Source: Candidatus Wolfebacteria bacterium (lineage in GTDB: Bacteria > Patescibacteriota > Minisyncoccia > UBA6257 > UBA9933). From it: a stretch of 64,000 bases of DNA. The stretch covers positions 1,174-65,173 of the forward strand of contig JANLIR010000005.1 in NCBI GenBank assembly GCA_024654025.1. The letters are read 5' to 3'. Shown in pieces: positions 45,790-55,350 of the stretch; position 1 is the first letter of the stretch; each line of letters opens with the position of its first letter. Under the pieces are notes generated by a model. It did no database searches. It was not told the DNA's origin and was given only the letters and a program-made list of their open reading frames with translations. The position numbers and the translations under genes were made by a program.

Positions 45790-45955
45790 ATTCCTTTTTT
45801 CCGGCCACCATACTATTTGGATTTTCGTTTTGGACTCCTCGCAATCAATGGTCCTGCTTTATATAGAGTAGGACCATTTTATTTTCCATGACATTTCTTA
45901 TACTTTTTCCCGCTTCCGTCCGCCTTCGCCGAAGCTTCGGCAGGACTTCGCTTTA

Positions 45956-48502
45956 TTACTTATGATGTGACGCGTTAATTAAACCGCATTGTTTCCATTT
46001 ATAAACTTTGCCAGTCTCCGAATTAATCGCTCCGCACGGGCAGGGATCATTTCTGCCCACTTTTTTATCAGTCGCAGAAATATTTTTAACCGGCACGTTT
46101 TGCCTAGGAATATTTCCAGTCGGCGATTTCAAAATCCGCCAGATATTTTGAAATACTGTATCTTCAAAATTAGCAAAAAGGTTTTTAAAATGCTGATGCG
46201 CCTCTCGCCGATATTCCACTAAAGGATCGTGCTGGCCGTACGCTCGTATTCCAACCGACTCCAAAAGCGCTTCCAGATTTTCTAAATGCGTCATCCAAAA
46301 CATATCCAAAGTTCCCAGAAGCCGGAACTTTATTTCTTGCTGGTTTTCTTCGGTGATTAAGCCGTTTATTTTATTTTCAACCAGCGCCTCAATATCGCCT
46401 TTTTCTAATTCTTCTTTTTCAAGAATGCCTGTTTCGGTTAAAATTTTCTCCAATTGATCGCGCTCGGAAACATTATTTTTTATCCGCTCCCAACTGTTAA
46501 AAGCTATTTCTTTAAAAATTTCTTTGGCATTCGATTCTATTATTTCCTGCCTTTTTTTATAAACCGCGTCTCTTTGCTTATTTAAAACATTGTCGTAATC
46601 AAGCAAATGCTTTCTGGAATCGAAATTCATTCCTTCAATTTTCTTCTGCGCTTCGTTAACGACTTTTGAAATCATTGACGATTCAATCGGCTCGTCTTCG
46701 GGCAAATTAAAAGTTTCCATTAATTTTCTCACCCTTTCGCCTCCGAAAATTCTAAGCAAATCATCTTCAAGCGAAAGAAAAAATTGCGATGAACCATGAT
46801 CGCCCTGCCGACCGCTTCTGCCCCTAAGCTGATTGTCAATTCTTCGCGCTTCGTGGCGTTCAGTGCCGATAACATGAAGTCCGCCCGCCTCTTTAACTAT
46901 TCGAGCTGTTTCGGGACTTGGCGGATTGCCTCCTAAAATTATATCCACTCCCCTTCCCGCCATGTTAGTCGCCACTGTCACGGCTTTTAATTTTCCGGCT
47001 TGCGCGATTATTTCTCCTTCACGTTCGTGGTTTTTTGCGTTCAAAACCTCATGCGGAATATTCGCTTGACTCAAAAACGCCGAAACAATTTCGTTGTTTT
47101 GTATAGAACCCGTTCCGATTAAAACCGGCTGTCCCGCTTCATACCTCTTCTTTATATCGCTAATAATAGCTTTGTATTTCACTTCCAAATTTTTATATAT
47201 CAAATCTTCCTTATCTTTTCTTATTGTCGGCTTATTTGTGGGAATAGAAACAACTTCTAAACCGTAAACTTTGTCAAACTCTTCGGCAGACGTCTGCGCA
47301 GTACCGGTCATGCCTGAGATTTTCTCGTATAATTTAAAATAATTTTGAATAGTAATCTGCGCGTAAGTACGCGATTCTTCTTTTACCTCCACGCCTTCCT
47401 TTGCCTCAATTGCTTGGTGAAGACCGGCGCTGTAGCGTCTGCCGGGCATTAAACGGCCGGTAAATTCGTCAACGATTATAACCTCGCCATTTTTAACAAC
47501 ATACTTTTTATCTTTATGAAACAACGCCTTTGCTTTAAGGGATTCTTCCAAATAATGGATTAACCGGGCGTTTTCCGGTCCGTACAAATCTTTAATATTC
47601 AACATCCGCTCCACTTTATTTATTCCATTTTCAGTTATTAATACTGATTTTAATTTCTCGTCAACGCTATAATCCTCTTCTTTTAAAAGATTAGCCGCTA
47701 CTTTTGCGAAAACTTTATAAAAATTACTGGACTCGACATCTGGCGCGGAAATTATAAGCGGGGTTCGTGCTTCGTCTATTAAAATGCTGTCCACTTCGTC
47801 GATAATGGCAAAATAATGTTCCCGCTGAACCTGATCTTCCTTGCTATGCGCTAAATTATCGCGTAAATAATCAAACCCGAATTCATTAATGGTGCCGTAA
47901 GTTATATCCGCCAAATAAGCTTCTTTGCGAGATGCCGGCCTTAGAAAATCAGACACAACTTTAAAACTGCCTAAGGCATCGCGTTCTTTGTCTTTTTCGC
48001 CTTCATTGTTTGGCTTATACAAAGGGTCGTACAAAAAAGCTTGATCATGAGTTAAGCAGCCCACAGTCATTCCCAGTAACCAATAAATTTGCCCCATCCA
48101 CACCGCGTCTCTTCTAGCTAAATAGTCATTAACGGTTATAGCGTGCGCTCCTTTTCCCAAAAGAGAGTTTAGATAAATCGGAGAAGTTGCCGCTAAAGTT
48201 TTTCCTTCGCCGGTCGCCATCTCGGCAATTTTACTTTGATGCAAAACCAACCCGCCGATTAATTGGACATCAAAATGCCTTTGACGTAAATTTCTTTTCG
48301 CTGATTCTCTGACTAAAGCGAATGCTTCTTCGATAATTTTATCGAGATCGTTTTTTTCTTTTATTTGATTCTTCAGCTCGATGCTTTTTTCTTTTAATTC
48401 ATCGTCTGATAAATTTTTAAATTTATCTTCCAATAAATTTATTTTTTTAACTTGGGCAGAAAAATCCTGCTTTCCAAGAAAGCTTTTTAAAAAATTCTTC
48501 AT
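45956..48502 (-). CDS. secA: preprotein translocase subunit SecA
   Basis: DEAD-like motor motifs and the C-terminal zinc finger CPCG...CG. Confidence 0.95.
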   Translation of the reverse strand: MKNFLKSFLGKQDFSAQVKKINLLEDKFKNLSDDELKEKSIELKNQIKEKNDLDKIIEEAFALVRESAKRNLRQRHFDVQLIGGLVLHQSKIAEMATGEGKTLAATSPIYLNSLLGKGAHAITVNDYLARRDAVWMGQIYWLLGMTVGCLTHDQAFLYDPLYKPNNEGEKDKERDALGSFKVVSDFLRPASRKEAYLADITYGTINEFGFDYLRDNLAHSKEDQVQREHYFAIIDEVDSILIDEARTPLIISAPDVESSNFYKVFAKVAANLLKEEDYSVDEKLKSVLITENGINKVERMLNIKDLYGPENARLIHYLEESLKAKALFHKDKKYVVKNGEVIIVDEFTGRLMPGRRYSAGLHQAIEAKEGVEVKEESRTYAQITIQNYFKLYEKISGMTGTAQTSAEEFDKVYGLEVVSIPTNKPTIRKDKEDLIYKNLEVKYKAIISDIKKRYEAGQPVLIGTGSIQNNEIVSAFLSQANIPHEVLNAKNHEREGEIIAQAGKLKAVTVATNMAGRGVDIILGGNPPSPETARIVKEAGGLHVIGTERHEARRIDNQLRGRSGRQGDHGSSQFFLSLEDDLLRIFGGERVRKLMETFNLPEDEPIESSMISKVVNEAQKKIEGMNFDSRKHLLDYDNVLNKQRDAVYKKRQEIIESNAKEIFKEIAFNSWERIKNNVSERDQLEKILTETGILEKEELEKGDIEALVENKINGLITEENQQEIKFRLLGTLDMFWMTHLENLEALLESVGIRAYGQHDPLVEYRREAHQHFKNLFANFEDTVFQNIWRILKSPTGNIPRQNVPVKNISATDKKVGRNDPCPCGAINSETGKVYKWKQCGLINASHHK

Positions 48503-48594
48503 ATCTTATTGCAAAATTTTCGTTTTTCTCCGACTGAACGCCGGAGAATTAAATATGCTATCGAGAATTTATTTTTTTTCTAAAACTCCAAATT

Positions 48595-48930
48595 CTATTT
48601 GACCATTCTGGCTTTTTCAATAAACGTTTCTTTATATTTTTGGATGCTTTGTTTTAAAACATCTTTAATCGTATCAATTGCAGCCCGCAAATCAACGCTA
48701 CTATTTTCAACTCTTAAAACTTTTTTTGGCAATTCCATTGTAGCTTCCGCATAAAAAATTTCTCCGCTTTTATGATGTTTTGTGGTTTTTCCAATTTCCA
48801 CAAAAATTTCAACCCCTTCTTTTGCGTCAATTTTTTTAATAAATTTACCAAGAGAACCTATTTTTTTCTCTGTGTATTCTTTCAAAGCGGGGGTTAATTC
48901 AATTTGGGTGGTTTTTATTATAATTTTCAT
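48595..48930 (-). CDS. hpf: ribosome hibernation promoting factor (HPF/RaiA)
   Basis: MKIIIKTTQIELTPALKEYTEKKIGSLGKF, a YfiA-family beta-alpha-beta fold. Confidence 0.85.
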   Translation of the reverse strand: MKIIIKTTQIELTPALKEYTEKKIGSLGKFIKKIDAKEGVEIFVEIGKTTKHHKSGEIFYAEATMELPKKVLRVENSSVDLRAAIDTIKDVLKQSIQKYKETFIEKARMVK

Positions 48931-49009
48931 ATCATTAATATATTTCCTTTATTGTTACTTAAAAATAACAATAAATTCACGCATTGGCATAGTATATAAC
49001 ATTTTTCCA

Positions 49010-49046
49010 ATAATAAAAGACCCGCCCCGATTTGATTCGGGGCGGG
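49010..49046 (-). terminator. intrinsic terminator (GC-rich 10-bp stem plus U-run on the minus strand) following an 18-codon Lys-rich ORF
   Basis: CCCGCCCCGA-uuuga-UCGGGGCGGG followed by UCUUUUAUUA. Confidence 0.5.
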
Positions 49047-49667
49047 ATAGAAATTTACCTTCTCTTTCTCTTTTTAGCAGTTTTTTTCGCTGCTTTCTTT
49101 TTTGCTGCCATTTTACTTATCCGCTTGCGTTTAAAAATTGCGCAAACAGAAAATTATTTTAATCTAGAAATAAATGTCGACCACGCAAATTATTTCTAAA
49201 TTTTAGCGCACGTAAAATAATAATTCCTACTACGTGCTTCTATATATATTTTAGAACAAATATTTCGAAATGCAATTGTGGATAACTTGGTTGGCGAGAA
49301 ATTCGTCTTATTATTTTTCGGAAACAGAATATTTTTGCTCCAGCGGCAAAAATTTCTTCGCCCTCGACGCAAAAACTCTTACGAGACCGAGCTTTTTACG
49401 CCTACGGGACGTTCCTTAAATTAATAAGACGAACTGTGTAGATTAAGTGTGGCTGTATTGTAAGCGGGTGCCCAGAAATTTGTCTATTCACTCAAAAACC
49501 TCATTTTTTTAAAGGAGGTGGGATTGGCATACATAAATCCCTCGCTTATAAACGAAGGATTTATACTGCGGGACAGCGGTGGTGACCTCCGTTTTTACTA
49601 GTGAGTGCGCAGCACGCTGTCCCAAAACATTATAACAAATCGGACGTCGAAAGAGAACGAACAAACC

Positions 49668-50327
49668 CTAAGCAGCTATCGGTTGCAGTTTTTTGAAAAC
49701 AATAAATTTATAGCCCAAAAAGTTCCAAACAAGCGAAGCCAGCGTTGCCACTATCGCGCCAACGTTCGCCCATAAAGTCACGGAAATTCCGCCTACCGGA
49801 CTTATAAAATTCACAACCAGAGACGCGATTCCTATGTTAATGAGAAAACCCACAAAACTAACTGCAAAAAATTGTCCAAATTCTTTAGTAGTCGCCGATT
49901 TACCAGATCCAAAAGTCCCAAAAGTCCAATGTTTATTCCAAAAATAACTATTTATATTAGCGACAATAAAAGAAGCTCCTTTAAAAATCGAATAGGAAGA
50001 TCCGGAAGTTGCCACGAACACAAACATGAGTAGATTCAAAACGCCAATATCAAGTAAAGTATTTAAAACTCCCGTGGCGACAAATTTAGCAATCTGCAAA
50101 ATCATTGGAATTTTTCCGCTGATTATTTTCGCAACCCACAAAGCAATAACCGCCAAAACAGTCAGCGCAATCACCATCACCACGCCACGGATTGTCGTTA
50201 AATTAAAATTAATATTTTTAACAATCGGCAAAATCAATAGTCCTGAAACGAATCCAATTATCGCGACCAAAAAATAATCTTTTTTTGAAACAAACGAGCT
50301 TGAAGAATTATTATATTGAATATCCAT
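49668..50327 (-). CDS. GtrA-family membrane protein with an N-terminal extension
   Basis: The C-terminal ~120 aa have the four-helix GtrA pattern (…LASLVWNFLGYKFIVFKK). Confidence 0.55.
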   Translation of the reverse strand: MDIQYNNSSSSFVSKKDYFLVAIIGFVSGLLILPIVKNINFNLTTIRGVVMVIALTVLAVIALWVAKIISGKIPMILQIAKFVATGVLNTLLDIGVLNLLMFVFVATSGSSYSIFKGASFIVANINSYFWNKHWTFGTFGSGKSATTKEFGQFFAVSFVGFLINIGIASLVVNFISPVGGISVTLWANVGAIVATLASLVWNFLGYKFIVFKKLQPIAA

Positions 50328-50440
50328 GTTTTTTATTTTATGAAATCGACATTTAATTTTATCAAAAAAGAGTCATCGCCAAAATAGTAATTAAGGCGAT
50401 TAGAATTATGAGAATTTTCGTAGCGATTTTTTTCATCCCG

Positions 50441-50992
50441 TTAGAATTTTACTTTCACCGGTTCTTTTTCCGACGCGTTTTCCAAACCAAAAAACTCTTC
50501 TTTGCCAAAGCCAAAAGCTCCGGCCATTAAATTAGTGGGAAAAACGGCTGTTTTAGTATTATAATCCATCACGTTGCCGTTATAGAATCTTCTGGCTGCC
50601 TGTATTTTATTTTCCGTATCAGCCAATTCTCTTTGTAAATCCAAAAAATTTGCATTGGCTTTTAATTCCGGATAATTTTCCGAAACCGCGAATAAAGTTT
50701 TCAAAGTGTTTGAAAGCGCGTTTTCCGCTCCCGATTTTTCATCTTTAGATGCCGCGCCCATAGCTCTTGTTCTTGCTTCGGTAACCTTTTCAAAAACCCC
50801 TCTTTCGTGCGACATATAACCCTTGACGGCTTCCACCAAATTTGGAATCAAATCATACCTTCGCTTAAGCTGAACATCTATATCCGACCACGCTTCCCTG
50901 ACTCTGTATCGTGAGCGAATCAAACCATTAAAAACTACGACCAACCAAAAAACTATTGCCGCCACAATTGCCAAAACTATATATAATGCCAT
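50441..50992 (-). CDS. LemA-family protein
   Basis: N-terminal transmembrane helix then RYRVREAWSDIDVQLKRRYDLIPNLVE, the LemA signature. Confidence 0.8.
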   Translation of the reverse strand: MALYIVLAIVAAIVFWLVVVFNGLIRSRYRVREAWSDIDVQLKRRYDLIPNLVEAVKGYMSHERGVFEKVTEARTRAMGAASKDEKSGAENALSNTLKTLFAVSENYPELKANANFLDLQRELADTENKIQAARRFYNGNVMDYNTKTAVFPTNLMAGAFGFGKEEFFGLENASEKEPVKVKF

Positions 50993-51144
50993 AAATAATA
51001 TAAATTATTGCGACTTTGATAATTATAGCACAAATTCATATTTTATTTGACAATGCCAATCAAAAACATTAATTTAAGGACACATTACAGCAAATTCCCA
51101 ATTTAATATACCTAAAAGACAAGAGAAATAAAGGGAGGATTATC

Positions 51145-51969
51145 ATGAATCAATACCTGGATATTGCGCGAGAAATTTTGGAAAACGGCCACCGAAAAAG
51201 CGATCCGCAAGGAGTTGGTAATCGGGCCTTGTGCTCGCCCGGTCCGATACGAATTGATTTAGAAAAGGATGGATTTCCCCTGCTCACAACCAAAGACATG
51301 TCAAAACAGTGGAAACCGCTTATCTGCGAACTGCTATGGTTTCTTTCAGGAAGCACAAACGTTGCCGATTTGCACAAGTACAATATCCATATCTGGGATA
51401 TGTGGGCAACCCCGGAAATCTGTTCTTCTCTCGGCCTTCCAGCTGGAGAGCTTGGACCGATTTACGGCAAACAATGGAGATTTTTTGGTCGAAACGGAAT
51501 TGATCAAATATCCCGGCTCATCAATAACCTTAAGAAAAACCCCGACACCCGGCGAAATGAAATAACCAGTTGGAACCCCGAAGATATTGATAAAGTTTTC
51601 GTAGCCCCGTGCCACGATAATTTCAAGGTTTTTCACGCCGAGGGAATGCTGTGGCTCCGGCAGGACCAAAGAAGTTGCGATTTACCGATAGGCGCGCCTT
51701 TCAATATTGCGCAGTATGCCTTACTACTGATGATGCTTGCGCAAGTAACCGGTCTCAAAGCAAAAGGGCTTATCTATGCCCCGTTTGACTGCCACATCTA
51801 CGAAAACCAAATCAACGCGATGAAACTGCAGATTTCCCGCGAACCTAAAGCTCTCCCTCGTGTAAAGCTGAATCCGGATGTAAAAGACATTTTCAATTTC
51901 CGACCGGATGATTTTATCCTGGAGAATTACGACCCACACCCCGGCATAAAATTCCCAGTGGCGCTGTGA
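51145..51969 (+). CDS. thyA: thymidylate synthase
   Basis: MNQYLDIAREILENG; catalytic APCHDNFKVF; Shine-Dalgarno GGGAGG; GC-rich. Confidence 0.9.
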   Translation: MNQYLDIAREILENGHRKSDPQGVGNRALCSPGPIRIDLEKDGFPLLTTKDMSKQWKPLICELLWFLSGSTNVADLHKYNIHIWDMWATPEICSSLGLPAGELGPIYGKQWRFFGRNGIDQISRLINNLKKNPDTRRNEITSWNPEDIDKVFVAPCHDNFKVFHAEGMLWLRQDQRSCDLPIGAPFNIAQYALLLMMLAQVTGLKAKGLIYAPFDCHIYENQINAMKLQISREPKALPRVKLNPDVKDIFNFRPDDFILENYDPHPGIKFPVAL

Positions 51970-51978
51970 GGTAATGAG

Positions 51979-52515
51979 ATGGCTAAAATTTCGATTGTGG
52001 TCGCAATGGCCTTGAATCGGGTCATCGGCAATAAAGGAGAACTGCCTTGGCATCTGCCAGCGGACCTCAAACACTTTAAGGAACTAACTACTGGCCACTT
52101 CGTTATCATGGGAAGAAAAACATTTGAATCAATTCTCAGACGTCTCGGAAATCCGCTTCCCGACCGCCGAAATGTCGTGATAACCGAAAACCGCGGCTAT
52201 ATAGCTTCTGGTTGTACCGTAGTTCACTCATTTAGAGAAGCATATTGTCTTACCACCAATCTAACAGACCGCAAAGAAGAAGTTTTTGTTATTGGGGGCG
52301 AAAAGATCTACCGACTGACGTTTCCACAAGCCGAGAGAATTTATTTAACACTGGTGGAAGCACATCCTGAAGGCGACGCCTTCTTTCCCGAAATCGACCT
52401 CCAGAAATGGCCAATGATAAGCGCCCAACACCACGAACCGGACGAGAAAAATAAATATCCTTTCACGTTCATGACTCTGGAACGGCTGCGCTGTTGTCCG
52501 CGCGCACTTATCTGA
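51979..52515 (+). CDS. folA: dihydrofolate reductase
   Basis: ISIVVAMALNRVIGNKGELPW; an intrinsic terminator follows at 52548-52585. Confidence 0.9.
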   Translation: MAKISIVVAMALNRVIGNKGELPWHLPADLKHFKELTTGHFVIMGRKTFESILRRLGNPLPDRRNVVITENRGYIASGCTVVHSFREAYCLTTNLTDRKEEVFVIGGEKIYRLTFPQAERIYLTLVEAHPEGDAFFPEIDLQKWPMISAQHHEPDEKNKYPFTFMTLERLRCCPRALI

Positions 52516-52610
52516 CCGGCAATCGCTGGTCGAAATCATACAAACACGGGGATTTCGCGTTTCAAGCGGAATCCCCTTTTTTATTTTTAAATAAGTTTTA
52601 TAATAAATTA

Positions 52611-53042
52611 ATGGAATATGTAAATCCTCGGTTTGCAAAAGGAAACGAATACAAAAAAGTTATTTCTGATATTGTTAGCGAAGGAAAATGTCCGTTTTGC
52701 TCGAAAAATTTTAAATATCATAAAAACCCCGTCCTTAAAAAAGGACCTAGCTGGTTTATAACAAAATCAAGTTGGCCATACAAAAACAGCGAATATCATT
52801 TTCTTATCATCAGCAAAAAACACAAAGATACTTTTAACCAGCTTTCAATAAACGATTTTAAAACCGTTAAAGCTTTGGCTACTTGGGCGATTAAAAAATT
52901 TGATCTTAAGGGTGGCGGATTAATGCTTCGGTTTGGAGATACGAATTATACAGGAGCAACCGTGACTCATTTGCACTTCCATTTAATAACTCCTACGCTA
53001 AAAAACGGCAAATCCGTTCCGGTGAATTTCCCAATCGGATAA
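52611..53042 (+). CDS. HIT-like (histidine triad) family protein (internal start chosen)
   Basis: C-terminal HLHFHLI histidine triad. I start at the ATG at 52611, where composition switches to AT-rich, rather than the ORF start at 52494 inside the folA terminator. Confidence 0.45.
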   Translation: MEYVNPRFAKGNEYKKVISDIVSEGKCPFCSKNFKYHKNPVLKKGPSWFITKSSWPYKNSEYHFLIISKKHKDTFNQLSINDFKTVKALATWAIKKFDLKGGGLMLRFGDTNYTGATVTHLHFHLITPTLKNGKSVPVNFPIG

Positions 53043-53056
53043 TTTTTATAAAAAGT

Positions 53057-53087
53057 CCCCATCGCGCGTGTTGCATGCGCGATGGGG
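53057..53087. terminator. bidirectional terminator hairpin (11-bp stem)
   Basis: CCCCATCGCGC-gtgttgcat-GCGCGATGGGG between convergent genes. Confidence 0.5.
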
Positions 53088-53107
53088 TATCCAAAATTAA
53101 TTTTTGC

Positions 53108-53965
53108 TTACTTCACAAGAACAATCTCCACGCCCGCCTCTTTAAGGACGGCCTCGCCGTCAAGGCTGGCATGTCCTTCAGCAAAATAAAGCTTCCCGAT
53201 TCCGGATGCCATAATCAACTTAGCGCAAACCGGACACGGAAAAACATTCACATAGAGAGACGCGCCTTTAAGTGAAATGCCTTCCCGAGCCGACCAGGCG
53301 ATAACGTCCTGTTCCGAATGAATCGCGGAACAAAGTTCGCTGCGCTCCCCTGCCTTCACGAAATCACGAGGATCGCCAACCATATAGGGCTGATATTCTG
53401 TCGGCACGTGACGGTTATGAGCGCTATAAACAACTTGCCCATTTTTTACCACGACTGATCCGACCTGCCTCCACCAATCAGACGTTTTCTCGGCCTCTCC
53501 TTTTGCCAAAGCCATTATTTTTCGATCAAACTCTCCCGTCGTTACCCGGTCATAATTAACCGGGGTTTGCGAAAAAATCGAAGCTCGGTCCCAGCGAAGA
53601 AACGCGGTATCATACTCGACCGGTTGACCAGGAAAATATTTATTGACGACGGCTCGACATAATTCGTCACGAGTAGTTATAATTCCACAACCTTTTAGTA
53701 AGCTAAGAATCTTTAAGTTAGCCCGACTCAAAGTAAATACCTCAACCTGCAATCTGCTCCCAAAATCCAACATTTCCTCGACAGTTTTTGGATCAAGAGC
53801 TCGAATTTCTTTTCTATCGCAAAATTCATTTATAAAATCTTCGCCTACGATACAGAGCGCTTCAATTTCTTTCTGATATTTTTCGATAAGTCGCAAATAT
53901 CCAGCGTGGATAACCGGAATATAAAGAAGAAGTATTTTCTCCATTATGCTTCTCCCTTCACACAA
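53108..53965 (-). CDS. dCMP/cytidine deaminase domain fused to an N-terminal degenerate HxGH nucleotidyltransferase-like domain
   Basis: C-terminal HSEQDVI...PCPVCAKLI is the CDA zinc site. N-terminal YIPVIHAGYLRLI resembles the HxGH box of the adjacent gene. Confidence 0.65.
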   Translation of the reverse strand: MCEGRSIMEKILLLYIPVIHAGYLRLIEKYQKEIEALCIVGEDFINEFCDRKEIRALDPKTVEEMLDFGSRLQVEVFTLSRANLKILSLLKGCGIITTRDELCRAVVNKYFPGQPVEYDTAFLRWDRASIFSQTPVNYDRVTTGEFDRKIMALAKGEAEKTSDWWRQVGSVVVKNGQVVYSAHNRHVPTEYQPYMVGDPRDFVKAGERSELCSAIHSEQDVIAWSAREGISLKGASLYVNVFPCPVCAKLIMASGIGKLYFAEGHASLDGEAVLKEAGVEIVLVK

Positions 53966-54509
53966 GTCCGCTTTTTTTCATAAACTCGGCCATCGGGGCC
54001 AAAAAATCTTTCATGGCCTTATGAAACAGGCTGGAACTGCTGGTTTCAGCTTGACGAGACAATACAACCACTTCTCCGCATCGCTCGCGAATTTGGTTGA
54101 GTTGATCTTCCGGATAAGAATCGGTCACGGCAATAAAAACGTTCGGCCGAATACAATCCAAAAGGCCGTATTGCCATTTACCGTCATCCGTCACATCATC
54201 CACCACTGTGGCAAAGTTGACGCACTCCTGATAACTCAACATTTCAAGACGCTCGATTTGGGGATTTAATGGCCGGTACGGACCTTTGTAAAGTTTAATG
54301 GCCCGGTCAGAATCCGCTCCGACAACAAGGATATCGCCGTGTTCTCTCGCCTTTAGCAAGTAACGAACGTGCCCGACATGCAGTTGATCCCAACTCCCGA
54401 TTGTGCAGATGATCTTGTGCTCAAGCTCCTGATACGCCTTGCAAAGCTTCGCGAGCTTGTCATAATCCAGCACGATTTTCTTGGCATAATCAATAGTATT
54501 CGTAGACAT
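53958..54509 (-). CDS. cytidylyltransferase-like (HxGH) nucleotidyltransferase
   Basis: GSWDQLHVGHVRYL HxGH motif; Shine-Dalgarno AGGAGG; GC-rich. Confidence 0.6.
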   Translation of the reverse strand: MSTNTIDYAKKIVLDYDKLAKLCKAYQELEHKIICTIGSWDQLHVGHVRYLLKAREHGDILVVGADSDRAIKLYKGPYRPLNPQIERLEMLSYQECVNFATVVDDVTDDGKWQYGLLDCIRPNVFIAVTDSYPEDQLNQIRERCGEVVVLSRQAETSSSSLFHKAMKDFLAPMAEFMKKSGLV

Positions 54510-54672
54510 TGGACAATCCTCCTGTGGAATATGAGATTAAATTCTTTATTCACTTCTTAAAAATCTGACCAATTCTAATCACGAATAGACCCCAAAGTCA
54601 AAAATTTTTCTGGCAAAAGAAAAAGGGGCTTTGCGAGCCCCTTGTGATTCCGCGGCCTATGGCCGAAAAATT

Positions 54673-55206
54673 TCAGTCCGTATCTTCTTTCATTCGTTCC
54701 GCGTTGACCCGGCTTTGGCCTTCATTCCAAAACCGTTCCTTGAGATATCGGAAAAACTCGATTCCTTGTCTAATGCTGTCTTTCTCTACTCTTTCAAAAT
54801 TCCCTTTTCTTGTCATCTCGACAGTGTCAAATATCGGTTTGAAATGCATCCAGCATGCGGGGTTTATTATAATTCCTTTCGGCCTCAACTCATTTGCAAG
54901 ATAGTGATACGCGCAATGCACCAAGTAACACATTAATGAATATTCTTGACCGAGTGTGAATTTAACCGGAGGAAAATCCGGATCCAGTTCGCGCCCCTTG
55001 GAGGTTACGAACTTCATATCGCCAATGATCTTTTTCATATCCTCTGCCGCAATTCCCAAAATGCGATTATCCTCATCGGACAACCTATTTTTAGGGTTTG
55101 AAGCCACTGAGAGAATGCCGGCGGCCCGACCAAAAATAATCGCCCTGTCCATCAAAATAATGCCTTTCACCGGAATATAATTTTGGCATGTCCTCATGTC
55201 AGGCAT
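54673..55206 (-). CDS. hypothetical protein (GC-rich island)
   Basis: ORF followed by the terminator GGGGCT-ttgcg-AGCCCC plus U-run at 54613-54643. Confidence 0.35.
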   Translation of the reverse strand: MPDMRTCQNYIPVKGIILMDRAIIFGRAAGILSVASNPKNRLSDEDNRILGIAAEDMKKIIGDMKFVTSKGRELDPDFPPVKFTLGQEYSLMCYLVHCAYHYLANELRPKGIIINPACWMHFKPIFDTVEMTRKGNFERVEKDSIRQGIEFFRYLKERFWNEGQSRVNAERMKEDTD

Positions 55207-55265
55207 TCCTCCATGTTCTTTTTTTATTTGCTGATTTCAAGATAAATAAACACTTGACCAAAGTC

Positions 55266-55302
55266 AACCAAAAACCGCTCCGATCTAAATCGGAGCGGTT
55301 TT
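55266..55302 (-). terminator. groEL intrinsic terminator
   Basis: AAACCGCUCCGAU-cuaa-AUCGGAGCGGUUU followed by UUUUUGG on the minus strand. Confidence 0.6.
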
Positions 55303-55350
55303 GATATTGCGTAATAATAACTTTTTAATTCGTGTGAGTGCGTTCGTATG

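Noticed and set aside
48782-49162. 126-aa plus-strand ORF overlapping hpf and the terminator
   Set aside because: It lies antisense to hpf and runs through a GC hairpin and U-run. The short minus-strand Lys-rich ORF plus terminator explains the region better.
49527-49604. 25-codon TTG-initiated ORF after an AAAGGAGGTG motif
   Set aside because: The spacing is too short for a start codon and no conservation cue is visible. The region is more likely to be structured RNA.
52494-52610. Upstream start of the HIT-like gene overlapping the folA 3' end
   Set aside because: It would read through the folA terminator hairpin, and composition switches to AT-rich only at 52575. An internal ATG at 52611 is more plausible, though this remains uncertain.
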